DNA of 64,000 bases, from the NCBI RefSeq assembly GCF_006345805.1, contig NC_043012.1:16058001-16122000 (forward strand), in the 5' to 3' direction. The stretch is from Octopus sinensis (lineage: Eukaryota). The notes below the pieces were generated by a model, which did not search any database, was not told the origin of the DNA, and saw only the letters and a program-made list of their open reading frames with translations. Of this stretch, positions 13,372 through 26,774 are shown one piece after another. How positions within the stretch are numbered: position 1 is the stretch's first letter; each line of letters starts with the position of its first letter. The position numbers and the translations under genes were made by a program.

Positions 13372-13900
13372 TATCTGTCCCTTTCTCTTCTCTTTTGTCC
13401 TCACGTGACCAGCCACCGACTACTGCCTTTTCGCATCCAGCAGTCATTGTGGCAAGACACATTTGTTTGTTTCTCTGTGGCCTTAAGGCACTCTTCTATA
13501 GCCGCCAGCTCAAAACTTAACTCGTCCTGTCGAAAAGACGCTTGTCCTGACGTCCTGGTTTTGTTGTTATCCTTACCATTATTGTTTTTACGTATTTTGT
13601 ATTCTTATTCGTGCTATCATTATTGCTTTTACGTACTTTTGTATTTTTATTCGTGTAACTTCGTCCGTTTTCCGTCCCTGTGTTGTATACATTCGAGGCT
13701 TTCTTCCAAGGAATCTAATGCGCCTGGCTCAGATTTCCCTTGGGAGCTGCCCAGATCGGAGCAATCTCAAGATTAATCAGCCGAAATTGCGAAGATGATC
13801 CGGTTCTTGACTGAAGATTGAGGGCTTCGAATGTCCCGTCCGTGTTTTTTGTGTCGTCTTCTAAATGTTTCACGTTCTTGTCCCAGTTTTTTTTTGCTTT
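13372..13900. repeat. Unclassified interspersed repeat (second copy at 31700-32185)
   Basis: About 500 bp of high similarity to 31700-32185; both copies lie between microsatellites. Confidence 0.8.
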
Positions 13901-13947
<47 letters not shown>

Positions 13948-14879
13948 CACAGATTGCACTTGCAACAGGATAACCAATTACTAACAAAAGGGTATCGTCA
14001 AATGATTCCTTTTGTTACCAACAGATGCTAAGACCAGAACAAGCAAATCAATTACACATGTTAAATAATCTTTATTTCCGTTTACATAGTTTCTACGTTA
14101 TCTCAATAACCAGCTATAGCTATTTCACATATACTTCTCTACAACAACCAAGTTTCATTAGAAAATAAAAATAGTTTCACACTTTCAATTTGAACCAAAA
14201 TTACCAAGTGTTGCATTACAAGATATTCTATCTACCAAATAAACAATGTTTTTAACACAACACCTCATTTTACAACTAAAATAATCTCAGCAACTAGGTT
14301 GGTTCGCACAATTTTGAGGTCATTTTCGGACAATATTTCGATTTGCTTCTAGTGCTTCACTTTCGTCCGTAGAATTCTATTCAGACAAACATTTATACAT
14401 ATTATTTCCCGCTCTTATTTGGAACAATGTAGGTGTTCTAATACCCAAGTCATAATTAGTGACATTTATAGATTTCCTTGTAAAACATAGCATGCGGTCA
14501 TGCTCGAGCATTGCCTTTAGTCGAAGAAATCGACCCGAGGGCTTATTTTTGGAATTCTAGTACTTGTTCTCTCGGTATATATATGTACACACACACGCGC
14601 GCGCGCGTACGCACGCACACACACACGCGTACAAACACACACACAGAAGAAAAAACTCGCCCACACACATATATATACTGTTCATTTCATAAGAATTTAC
14701 AAACTTCGAGACATGAGAGGAATCATTTAAAAATGATGGAACTCGGGAATTCGAAAAAGATAAAGCTTTAAATAATAGCATGCAAATAACAACATGCTCT
14801 ACCATGATGCTAAATAAATGGCAAAAATTCTGAAGATTGTCGTATCACTGATGTTAATGTTAAGATGTTTGAAGGAACT

Positions 14880-16330
14880 CGACTCACAACATATTTTCTC
14901 TGACATAACATACACTACCACACATTTCTTCGCTGTGATAAACGAAGCCAAACTTTACACTGCAGCATTCCCTGACAAATTCTGTGCTAGAGTCTTGAAC
15001 CAATGTAAGCACGAACTTGCACCGCCTCTAACCAACCTCTAATGAAAATCTGTAGATCCACGCTATGCGCCCAAATATATTTTATACGTATTTTTTTACT
15101 GCACACAAGGGGCTACACACAGATGGGACAAACAAGGATAGACAAACGGATTAAGTAGATTACATCGACCCCAGTGCATAGCAGGTACTTTATTTATCGA
15201 CCCCGAAAGGATGAAAGGCAAACTCGACCTCGGCGGAATGTGAACTCAGAACGTAACGGCAGACGATATACGGCTACGCATTTCGCCCGGCGTGCTAACG
15301 CTTCTGCTAGTTCGCCGCCCTAAATATATTTTATACCAATCTGTCATCAAAGTCTTGAAAAATGGAAAGCGGTCACTCGCAGTTAATTTCGCTCGATCTC
15401 ACTGATCTCACATACCATCAACATTCTTGAAGAGTGGTGCGATAAAAAATAATTGTTTCCTGTAGAGTAAGAATCTCCTAAATTCTAACAAGGATGGTTT
15501 TCGTAACGGCAGACACTTCCTAACAAAGTGTCTATATCACTGAGTATATTCTTAAAATTTTGCGAACAGGCTCGAGATTTGTGTTATATATCTTGACTTC
15601 AGCAAAGATTCCGTAAAGTTATCCTGCTGTGAAAATCGTCCAAAATCTGGATCCATAGTGAACTGTTGTACTGGATCAAGTATTTCTTGGTGAACAAAAT
15701 CTTGCACGCTGTGATCGATGGAATCCACTCAAGCACAACAAATGCCACCTGGGGTGTTACAGGAAACTGCTGTGGGACCAGTTCGCTTCATTGTCTATAT
15801 AATCGGCATCTTAAATGTCAAGCATAGGAAAATAAATGAATCCAAGATTCAAAAAATCTGACAAATACCCAGTCTGATTGGCATTCAATAGGTCAATGAC
15901 AGGACAAAAGCAACATGCTGTTAAATGAAGGGAAGTTAGAACTCATGCATTTCAGAGAATGTACAAGCAAATGACATTTCAGATTATGATTATTGAGATC
16001 TCCTTAAGCATTTTCTTCAACGCTGCGTGAACGTTTCATGATTTTCAGAATTTGGAAATGTTTACCACCAGCAACGACGTAAGCGCCAAGTTCTCAATTA
16101 ATCCAAGGCTAGAGCTCCTACACAATTCAAGCTCACAAAACAAAACCTCATTGCAACTCAATTTGTTTTATTCATCAAACATTGCTCTGTTTCATAACAT
16201 CTCAAAACAAAACGAAGAAAAAGATTCCATTGCCATCAAATCATATCTGGACAGATTTCTTCAAGGTATATTAGACAAGCAACCTATACTTGAATGCATC
16301 TCAGTCAACAATAACTACCTCCTTCGATAG
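14880..16330 (+). pseudogene. Old degenerate CR1-like LINE fragment interrupted by a SINE
   Basis: Remnants ELAPPLTNL, LDFSK and YLDRFLQGILDKQP. 15990-16330 is homologous to 1-370. Confidence 0.7.
15095..15319 (-). mobile_element. SINE type D with 15 bp target-site duplication
   Basis: aaatatattttatac occurs at 15073-15087 and 15322-15336, flanking the copy. Confidence 0.9.
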
Positions 16331-16425
16331 GCTAAGATATCACAAAACTGTTTAAAAGTCACTAAACAGATTCTATCAGGTATATATGACATGGCATGAA
16401 GTATTTTTGGGTGAATCATATATAT

Positions 16426-16496
<71 letters not shown>

Positions 16497-16542
16497 TGTA
16501 TGTATGTATGTATGTACGTATGTATGTATGTATAAATACATA

Positions 16543-17740
16543 CAGGGTGTGATATGTAAATCGTCGCCATTTTAGAGTTTTAATTTCGCACATGCATATT
16601 GGTTGTTTTTGATTTTGTCGACTACACAGAAAAGTAGGATCAGATGAGCAGGGTCCTTTGGTGACAATCTGAGGACAGTGCAGAAGATTCGAAAAGAGTT
16701 GCATGAGTTAAATGGTGATTACGATGGTACAGCAGCTGGGAAAACTCACTCTGGTCGCTCTGATAAGTAAAGAAATCCTGAATTTTTAGGTGACATCCAG
16801 GTCACGATTGACAACGATTCCTCCAAGTCAATTATGTCCATCGGCAGGGGCATGTGAGGGTCTGAGTTTCTTATCAAGGAGGTAATGACTAAAGGCATTC
16901 GGTATACCTCATACAAGATGAGATAGGGCCAATTGTTATTCCTAGTCATCAACGACAAGAGAAAAGACCGTGCTCCGGAGCTTTTGAACAGACTCAAGCA
17001 TCCCCTCCAGCCGAACGTGCTTTAGTTTTTCTCAGACAAGAAAACTTTCTGCCAGGATCAGATGGTGAACTCACAGAACAACCGTTGGCTTGCTATGTCC
17101 CTAGAACTTGAACCGAGAGTGATAAAAATCAAACAGCCAATGATAAACATGGTGTTTGGAGTGATCACTAGTGGTGCGACGTTATGCCTCCATTCATTTT
17201 CCTACACGTCCTCACACTCAACACGGTGGTCTACATCAAATGATTGGAGGAGGGAGGGAGGCCTTGGGTTAAGAGTTTGGCTGCTGGAAGACACTCTATC
17301 TCGCAACAGGACTCTACATAAATGCTACACAAGCAGGAGAACTCAGCTATCGCTTTCAGACAATTTCTGCTACGACATCAACCCTAACATCTGGCCACAT
17401 AGCTCCCCAGGATGCAACTCCTTTGTTTATTATGTGTGGGGTGCAGTCGAGTAAGAGACCAGCAAAACGACTTCCTGTAACACCAAAGATGCACTGAAGA
17501 CAAGGCTTATTGGCAGTATTCATCAACTTAAACAAAGAGACCGTTCAGAAGAGCTGCAGGAGATGCCGAAGTTGCTTGGAGGCCGTGGTTGAACCCAATG
17601 GCAATTTTATTGAATAAATTTACTCTTTAGTATTTCAAGATATTTTTATGTAATTTTGGCAAATATATCTGTTAATATTGAGATGCAGTGTTATTTTCAT
17701 TTTTGCGTAATTTAGATGGCAATTTATTCGCCACACGCTG
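16543..17740 (+). mobile_element. Tc1/mariner superfamily (maT/DD37D-like) transposon remnant
   Basis: FSDKKxF..NSQNNRW and WPHSSPGCNSFVYYVWGAVE motifs. Imperfect TIRs (CAGGGTGTG / cacacgctg) embedded in TA repeats. Confidence 0.75.
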
Positions 17741-17759
17741 CATATATATATATATATAC

Positions 17760-17981
17760 TTCCGGTCTTTTAAAATGAGACCTCGTGTGTACCGTTGGCG
17801 ATTTTTTTTCCTCTGTCTTCCCTTCTCGGGATCTTTCCTTCTCCTATGATTCCGACGAAGAGTTCCGCTCGAAATGTTAAACCCTCCTTCTTTCCTGAGC
17901 ATCCAATAATACTATATTTGTTCCACGTCCTCGCGTTGTTGTGTTTTTGTGTGTTTTTTTTGTGTTTTCTTGTTTGAATTA

Positions 17982-17985
<4 letters not shown>
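17760..17985 (+). mobile_element. PLE pseudo-LTR-like repeat (family G) with minimal HHR-like motif
   Basis: CCGACGA a gagt tcc gctc GAAA tgtt at 17852-17878. Further copies at 28975-29180 and 57283-57502, all bounded by (TA)n on at least one side. Confidence 0.65.
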
Positions 17986-18019
<34 letters not shown>

Positions 18020-18429
18020 GGAGTAAGCACATAAATGTGAAACAAGGTGGAATAAAGAGTACTCAAATACCAAAGGTAGAGTCTATATATGTGTGTGTGT
18101 GTGTAAATGTATATATGTATACGCTCACGCACACACACACACACACACACACTCTCTCTCTCTTACATACGCATTTATAGGGTATGATATAAGATGGGAG
18201 TTATATACTATATTGAAGACAGGCAGTGTTTGTCTAAGAGCTGCAAATCGTGTTGACTTTTTAAACCAGTTGATAATCTCCAGTTATATCACTGCCATCG
18301 CATTATATGTCCGTTCTTACATAAAAGCAGAGTAAAGGTATGGCTTTTGATTTTGTTTACAGATACGTATCTTTACAACCTACCAGCAGGCTAAGATTCT
18401 GAAAACATTTATTGCATGGTTCATACCCC

Positions 18430-18472
<43 letters not shown>

Positions 18473-18719
18473 ATCTCCCTCCTTTTCCTATCTCTCTTTT
18501 ACAAATATACACACATACTTATGTGGGCAGGTAAGTAGGCATCCATAAGCACACATATATGTTTTATATATATACACATATATATATATATGTATATATG
18601 TATATGTATATAATATATGTATATATGTACATATATGTATATATATATGTACATATATGTATATATGTATATATGACTGCATATTGCAGTCATATATGTA
18701 TATGCATATATATATATAT

Positions 18720-18782
<63 letters not shown>

Positions 18783-18871
18783 TATCTACAATACAAACAC
18801 ACAAATATACTTTAGGCAACAGTATTATGAATATAATATATATGTATATATATATTATATATATATATATA

Positions 18872-18958
<87 letters not shown>

Positions 18959-19534
18959 GCATATCTACAATACAAAACACAAATATACTTTAGGCAACAG
19001 TATTATGAATCACTGACGAAAGCAAGCGATATAGCTTTTCAATTAACATAATAATGGAAAGTTATTGAACGAAAATAAACCAGATTTATGCATGAATGCA
19101 ACTCAGACTATCTACGATATTGAAACTGAGATAAACTTACATTAAGACCGGCCACATACACATATGTACTTCAACATAATCCCCAATAAAGATAGAGAAA
19201 ACATGCTTGTATATAATTTAATATACATATGGAAATTGAATATTAAAAGAAATACAAGATGATAAGGCAGGCCATAGATAAACTCGTATCACTGACTGCT
19301 ACGTTCATGATCAGGCGTCATCTAACGGAGGTCACTAGGCGTGACTCTTATAGTATGTGTTCAGCTTCAAATCCCCTGATGCATGCATTTCATAAGCTAA
19401 GACTATACCATTTAGTTATATGGCGAAGTTCAAAGATATTAGATATATAAAGAATATTTAATTAATCGCTTCCAAGCGGTTAAATTATCCTAATAATATC
19501 ATCATATACATATGTGTGTGTCTGTGTATGTGTG

Positions 19535-19574
<40 letters not shown>

Positions 19575-19586
19575 CCCATATATATA

Positions 19587-19817
19587 TTTCATTACTGCCC
19601 ACAACGGGCTAAACATAGAGGGAACAAACAAGGACAGACAAAATGATTAAGTCGATCACATCAACCCCAGTGCGAAACTGGTACTGTATTTATCGACCCC
19701 GAAAGGATGAAAGGCAAAGTCGACTTCAGCGGAATTTGAACTCAGAACGTAACGACAGACGAAATACTGCTAAGCATTTCGCCCGGCGTGCTAACGTTTC
19801 TGCCAGCTCGCTGCCTT
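19587..19817 (-). mobile_element. SINE type D
   Basis: Full-length match to 9936-10166. Confidence 0.9.
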
Positions 19818-19820
19818 CAA

Positions 19821-19988
<168 letters not shown>

Positions 19989-20042
19989 AAAGCAAGAAAA
20001 GAAAAGCACCCTAAAATTGATAGGAAATAGGAGGTAAAAGGC

Positions 20043-20537
20043 AAGAAAATCAAAGCTAAAACAAACCCTGTCCAGAGGAAACAAAAGGACCCCAGCAAGA
20101 ATTATAAGGGCAAAGAAAGAAAAATCTGCAAATTCTACCTGAAGGGGGACTGCTGGTACGGCGTCTAAGGTGCGAACTGTCGCTTTGCACATCAGAGGCC
20201 CCACCAAAACCGCACGGACGCGAGACAGGGGTCCGTCCCTTGGGGAGAACAAAAAGAAAAAGAAAAAGAAAAATATAAAAGAAGGAAAGAAAGCGCACTG
20301 ACCACTCCTGAAAGACGATATGCGGATGTGGTGCGCGGTAACCCAACAAATGGCCAGCTTCACCCAGATGTGAGAAGGGCAGCAGCTGAACAGCAATCTT
20401 TTTTGTGCATGGCACAAAAAATTGTTCAGCAGCTGACCTGGCTACAAGCACAAAGCTGGAACTACCACCACATAAGGCCACCACCAACAGATGCAGGATG
20501 GCCACCACAGACACCAACACCAACACACACACCATAA
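20043..20537 (+). pseudogene. LINE ORF1 C-terminal remnant with CCCH zinc finger
   Basis: Reads KICKFYLKGDCWYGV*GANCRFAH...RRYADVVRGNP...QQSFL, in frame with ORF 20328-20537. One TAA at 20166. Confidence 0.7.
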
Positions 20538-23509
20538 AAATATTTCTACTGAACGTAGGAGGGCTGCTGCGCGGAAACTGTAAAAGGAAAATCTCATTCC
20601 TGAAAGACCTTGTGACATGCAATCAAGCTATATGCATGGCACTCACAGAAATGCATCTTGAACCCGATATAGGTGATGCAGAAATACACATGCCGCAATA
20701 TGCAGTCATACGCACAGATAGAAAAGGGAGGAGCCATGGTGGAATTGCAATGTACATCCGAGATGACCTCACGCCCCAGATCCTGTTGTCATATTCAAAC
20801 TCAGTGTGTGAAACTCAAATTGTACACATAAGACAACTGAATATCGTCATATGCACTACATATCGCCCACCAGATGCCCCAAATCACTCAGGCATGTTTG
20901 AAGACTGCCTAACAAAAATAGGAGAAGTCCTCACCAACCTTGAACAACACAACAGTGTATTCTTTTTGGGTGACTTTAACTTCCCCAATGTGGAATGGCC
21001 TGGGGGGAAGATGCTCTCAGGGATGACACACCATCAACAGGCACAGGCAGAGTCCCTGCTCCATCTCACAAATGCCTCTTTCATGGAGCAAATAGTTCTG
21101 CAACCAACAAGGGCAGATAATATACTGGATCTCTGCTTCACAAACAATATGGATATTATCCATAATGTTAATGTGATGCCGACAATGATCTCGGATCACA
21201 ACATAATAGAGCTGTCTATGTATGGAACAAAAGCCCCCGTAGACACACAGCCTATACGAAGCATCCACCATTTCTCCAACTTAAACTTTCATAAAGCAAA
21301 CTGGAAGTTGATTGAGAAAGAGATCCTCAAACAGGATTGGCCTAAATGTCTCTCCACACCGGACATTAACATGAAACACAAACACTTCATGTCCATAATA
21401 CAAGCCATATGTGACAAATATGTCCCAGTGTGCAGGGCCAACACACACAAAAACAAAAACAGGATCCCTAGAGAAAGGAAGATTCTTATGAGACGACGGA
21501 CAAGGATTGCAAACCGCCTGAGCAAGCACACCAAAAGTGGTGAGAAGTCTCGGCTCGAGAGAATGCTAATGGAAATTGAGAAAAGTCTGCATCAGTCCCA
21601 TGAAAAGGAGAGAGCAGATAAAGAAGCTTGGGTAATAGAAAATATAAAATCAAACCCTAAAGCTTTCTTTAAGTTTGCCAAAGAGACAGCTACAGTGCAC
21701 TAGAGAATAGGACCTCTCTTCCAAAAAGATGGCTCTCTCACAGGAAATCCCACGAGGATAAGTGAAATACTGAACGAAAAATTCCAAAGTGTGTTCACTA
21801 CACCTCTAGGACACAGGCAAGTAAACAACCCAGAAGAATTCTTTGCCACTTTACCTGCGGCCAAAGAGGCAAAAATTGAGTACATCAACATCGAAGATGA
21901 TGATATCACACTAGCCATAGATGAGATTGATGCAAACTCAGCTGCTGGACCTGATGGATTCCCAGCGATCCTTCTCAAATCGTGCAAACGAGCCCTTGCA
22001 AAACCGCTACAGCTTCTTTTTCAAAGCTTTCTTGCAAGTGGTAAGCTCCCAGTCAAATTGAAAGAGGGGGTAATATGCCCTATCCATAAGGGAGGTAGCA
22101 GAGCAGACGCTAAAAATTATAGGCCTATCTCTCTGACCTCACACATCAGCAAAGTCATGGAACGAATAGTCCGTAAGAAACTAATCATGTTCCTTGAAGA
22201 AAATGACTTGCTGTCTGACACCCAGCATGGATTTCGACCAGGAAGAAGCTGCCTAACACAGCTCCTGCAACACTATGACTGGGTGTTGAAACAGCTACTA
22301 AATGGCTCAAATGTGGATGTAATATATCTCAACTTTGCAAAAGCCTTTGATAAAGTCGACCATGGTATGATCTGTCACAAACTGCGTGGTCTCGGCATAG
22401 GCGGAAAACTTGGAGAGTGGCTGCACAACTTCCTAAAAGACAGAAAACAGGCAGTTGTGAGCAATGGAGCCACCTCCAAGGAAACACAAATAACAAGCGG
22501 TGTCCCACTGGGCACTGTCTTGGGGCCACTGATGTTCATAGTGGCGCTTTCAGACATGCCTTCAGTTGCTACGATGACCACCCTTGCTAGCTATGCAGAT
22601 GACACAAAAGTCTACCACACAATACAAAACCCTGAAAATATTGCGCATCTCCAACAGGAGTTGGACACAATATACAGGTGGGCTGAGGACAACAACATGC
22701 AGTTTAATGCAGGTAAGTTCCAGGCCCTGCGCTACCGGCACACAAAGGTAAACGACGTGCAGACTGGATACACTGGCCCAGGAAGAATTGCAATCCCTGA
22801 GTCAAAATCAGTGCGTAACCTGGGCGTTGACATGAGCAATGATGCATCTTTCCAAGTGCATATTGCTAATCTGGTGATAAAATGCAGACGGCTAGCTGGA
22901 TGGATTCTCCGAACTTTCAGAACAAGAGAGAAGGAGACACTGATGGTCCTATGGAAAACATTCGTCCTCAGCCGCTTGGACTACTGCTCCCAACTATAGT
23001 CACCACACAATATAAAACCAACAGCAGAACTCGAAGCAATTCAGAGAAGCTACACAAAGAAAATCGTCTCAATGCAAAATATCAGCTATTGGGAAAGACT
23101 GAAAGTATTAAACCTCTTCTCCCTAGAGCGGAGGCGGGAGAGATATGCGGTGATATACATCTGGAAAATCCTGGAGGGTCTTGTCCCAAACTTTGGCATT
23201 CAAAGTTACCCCAACCGCAGAGTGGAGCGCCACTGCATGATGCCAAAGATTCCAACATCACCATCAAAATACAGATCCAGATACTGCAACAGCTTGGGTT
23301 TCAGAGGACCACAGCTCTTTAACATCCTCCCTAAATGCCTGAGAGACTTACATGGTGTGGATGTGGGTTTCTTTAAAACCAAACTGGATCTCTTCTTGTC
23401 GGGTATCCCAGATGAACCTACCTCACGACGGGAGACGCAGATGCGGGCAGCAGCATCGAACTCCCTTGTCGATCAAGTGCCACGTATCAGAGGTATATTC
23501 ACATATTAG
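20405..23509 (+). pseudogene. LINE ORF2 (APE endonuclease plus reverse transcriptase) with two nonsense codons
   Basis: ORFs 20405-21703, 21791-22999 and 23072-23509 share one frame, broken only by TAG at 21701 and 22997. Motifs ALTE, YRPP, GDFN, SDH, YRPISL, QHGF, KAFD, YADD. Confidence 0.92.
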
Positions 23510-23587
23510 TGTAGGTCGTTCAGCGGTGGTGCCCCAGCATGGCCGCGGCCTTCGGGCTGAAACATTTTAAAGGATTTAAGGAAGGAT

Positions 23588-23711
<124 letters not shown>

Positions 23712-23799
23712 CTGTGTTATTTGTTTTACAAGATTCCCCTTCCATAACTAAACAGCAGAGGAGGAGAACGTGGAATGAAGAGTCGCTAAAAGTTCACAA

Positions 23800-23884
23800 G
23801 ATGTGTGAAAACTATGTGAGCGGATTTGGCAGGCGGAAAAGGAAAGAAGCTCGTCGTATGTATGTATGTATGTATATATATATA

Positions 23885-23930
<46 letters not shown>

Positions 23931-24056
23931 AGATATATATATAATAAAGATAAGATCGTTATGTTGCTATATGAAAACTTAGGGTGGTTATATATGTATG
24001 TATGTGCACACACACACATACACACACACACACATATATATATATATATTATATAT

Positions 24057-24087
<31 letters not shown>

Positions 24088-24317
24088 GTGTGTGTGTCTT
24101 TGTGTTTGTATTTCTGCGCCCCCATCACCGCTTGGCAACCGATGTTTGTGTGTTTATGTTCCCCTAACGTAGCGGTTCAGCCAAAGAAACGATTGAATAA
24201 GTACTAGGTTTAAAAAAACTAGTACTTGAAGGATTCTATCCTGGGATCGAATCCTTCAACGCAGTGCTCCAGCATGGCCGCAGTCAGAAGGCTGAAACAA
24301 GTAAAAGAATAAAAGAA
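23800..24317 (+). mobile_element. SINE type A with expanded internal microsatellite
   Basis: 5' part tgtgagcggatttggcaggcggaaa..gaagctcgtcg, then a TA/CA tract, then a 3' half ending ccagcatggccgcagtcagaaggctgaaacaagtaaaagaataaaagaa. Confidence 0.75.
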
Positions 24318-24619
24318 GTTTTATAACTCAAATAAGAAGAGAACGAAGACTTTACATCTTTAATGTTCAGTTACAATCGTTTCTATACCAACTGTGCTTC
24401 CAACGCCAGTCCACACAAAAGTACTACGTGAAAAATTACGCAATATTTGTGATTTTAAACATTAGAGTGGCACTTCTTCATACCCATATGAAAGGTGCAC
24501 TCTTACATTGTTCGTCCGTCAGGCTATGTGTTTTCCATATGTCGGGCGGTGACAGAGAGTTTATAAAGATAAATATGAAAGTACTGTAGATTGTGAAAAT
24601 ATGGAGAGGGAAATCACAT

Positions 24620-25300
24620 TTCAATAGCAAAGTAGATAAAAGTGTGGTTAGAAAATGAAGGGGAAATAGAAGAAGGGGAAGAGGAAGAAGACGAAGTAGG
24701 GGAGGAAGAAGAGACGAAGAAGAAAGTGAAAAAGAAGAAGAAGCAGAAGAACAAGAAGAACAAGAAGATGTAGAAGAGGAATAAGAACACGTGAAGAAGA
24801 AGACGAAGAAGAAGAGGAATGAGAAGAAGGGGAAGAAATAGAAGGGGAGGAAGAGGAAGGAGAAGAAGAGGAAAAAAAGAAGAAAGCGAAAAATAAGAAG
24901 AATACGAATAAGAAGTTGAAGGAGAAGAAGAGAAAGAAAACGAAGAAGTAGAGGAGGAAGAAGAAAAGGAAGAAGAAAGTGAAGAAAAAGAATTAGAAGA
25001 GGAAGAAGTAGAAGAAAGTGAAAAAGAAGAACGAGAATAAGAATAAAAATGCGAAGGAGAAGAAGAGGAAGTAGAAGAAGGTGAAAAAGAGGAAGAAGAA
25101 CAACAACAAGATGTTCGAGAAGAAGAAGAAAAAGAAGAAGAAGGAGAAGAAGAGAAGAAGAAGAAGAAGAAGAAGAAGAAGAAGAAGAAGAAGAACGAGA
25201 AAAGGAAAACAGAAGTAGAAGAGCGAGAAGGAAAAATTGGTGAAGATGAAGAAAGAGAAAGCGAAAACGATTAGTTGGAAGGAACAAATTACAATGGACA
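24620..25300 (+). repeat. Purine-rich (GAA/GGA) low-complexity tract
   Basis: Degenerate (GAA)n with a pure run near 25153-25195. Confidence 0.9.
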
Positions 25301-25803
25301 AGAGAATGGTAATTTTGGTGTGGAACCATAGATATCTAGTGATAAAATAAAGTAACGAAGAGAAGAAGAAGAGTTATATAATAAAAATAATTACGACAGC
25401 AACAATAATAACGAGAGGAATAATACTAGTAGTCGTAGTAGTAGCAGCAGCAGTAGTAGTATGATTAGTATTAGTAGTAGTATTAGTAGTAGTAGTAATA
25501 ATGAAAATAATAGAAATATCAAATGCTAATAATAATCGTAACTATACTAGAAATGATAATGATAATAATAATGGTTGTAGTGATAACCACGACAGCAGAA
25601 GCAGTTGGAACGCGAAACACCAATATTGGTGATGATGACAAAAGCAAAGCGTAGATAGCCTAAAGCTCAGGTTGCGTGCTGCATTGGAAATATGATTTCT
25701 TTTTACTCCGAAACAAAATATTACTAAAAAAAAAATTTATGACTGAACACTTTCACCAATACAATTAAAATAAAACTGTATTCTTGACACAATGGAAACC
25801 AAC

Positions 25804-25848
<45 letters not shown>

Positions 25849-26369
25849 GAAAAAATTCCCCTCAGTAGAACATTCAACCTATTCGTAAATCCATTGTTAC
25901 TGATATGGACATTTAACACAATATATTCATACCCTATATGCAGCTGAGCACATTCTAAATAGAAAAGAAATCTGCTATTCAATTCAGTAGCATTTTTGAC
26001 ACTTAAGCTCTTGAATGTTTTTCCAAGCCCCAGCATAAGCAACACTATATGAGAAAAAAAAAACACTTTGAGTAAAAATATCGAATATATTCTTTACACA
26101 CAAAGTATGAGACAATAAGGTGTTTTAATTTCTAATTTCTGTTTCATAATTCGCGACTTTGAATTTTTTATATTTGCTAAGATGGACATACACATCGAAA
26201 GCAGAAATAATTTATAAAAGTCACAATGTAGCAAATGCACAAATACGTATTATGTCTGATTAAAGAAAAACAGTAAAAAGAATCTTTAAATATACAGGTG
26301 TCCCGCATTGTTGAAATATAGTTTTTGACGAATTTCAGGTTTCAGAACGTTGCTTACTCTTTACTCAGC

Positions 26370-26447
<78 letters not shown>

Positions 26448-26552
26448 TAAAAACGGTAAGATACCAAAAGAAAGAAAGAGATCTAGATATTATGTAAATT
26501 ATGTAAATTGAGGAATTTATCTGTAAATGTAATATGTGACAATTATTCGGTA

Positions 26553-26622
26553 GCCAAGATAAAACTCCGAGTTTCGGATGCCGAGTTGGAAATCAACGCC
26601 ACCATCTCTTCAGTTATCCGGC
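26553..26622 (-). ncRNA. Type I hammerhead motif, family F
   Basis: gccggataa CTGAAGA gatg..gttg attt ccaac..catc c GAAA ctc g gag T T ttatcttggc. Helix III ACTC/GAGT with a 1 nt loop; GUU site. Confidence 0.75.
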
Positions 26623-26643
26623 CATCATAGCGTTTTTCTGATG

Positions 26644-26711
26644 GCTGGATAACTGAAGAAGGTGGTATGGATTTCCACCTTGGCATCCGAAACTCGGAGT
26701 TTTATCTTGGC
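26644..26711 (+). ncRNA. Hammerhead motif, family F, inverted partner copy (helix II disrupted)
   Basis: gctggataa CTGAAGA aggtgg..ccacct tggcatc c GAAA ctcggagt t ttatcttggc. Inverted repeat of 26523-26626. Confidence 0.6.
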
Positions 26712-26774
26712 TACCGAATAATTGTCACATATTACATTTACATATATACATATATAAAATGCGGATGTCAAGTG

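Noticed and set aside
13775-13835. Permuted (type II) hammerhead from ccGAAA...CTGAAGA in the unclassified repeat
   Set aside because: Helix I cannot form without using core bases, and helix II is out of register.
21701-22999. Programmed readthrough or editing rescue of the two TAG stops in LINE ORF2
   Set aside because: Simple nonsense mutation explains both. A-to-I editing could only restore Trp, and there is no evidence for it here.
24478-25329. 283 aa Leu/Phe/Ser-rich ORF resembling a membrane protein
   Set aside because: Antisense translation of a GAA-rich low-complexity tract.
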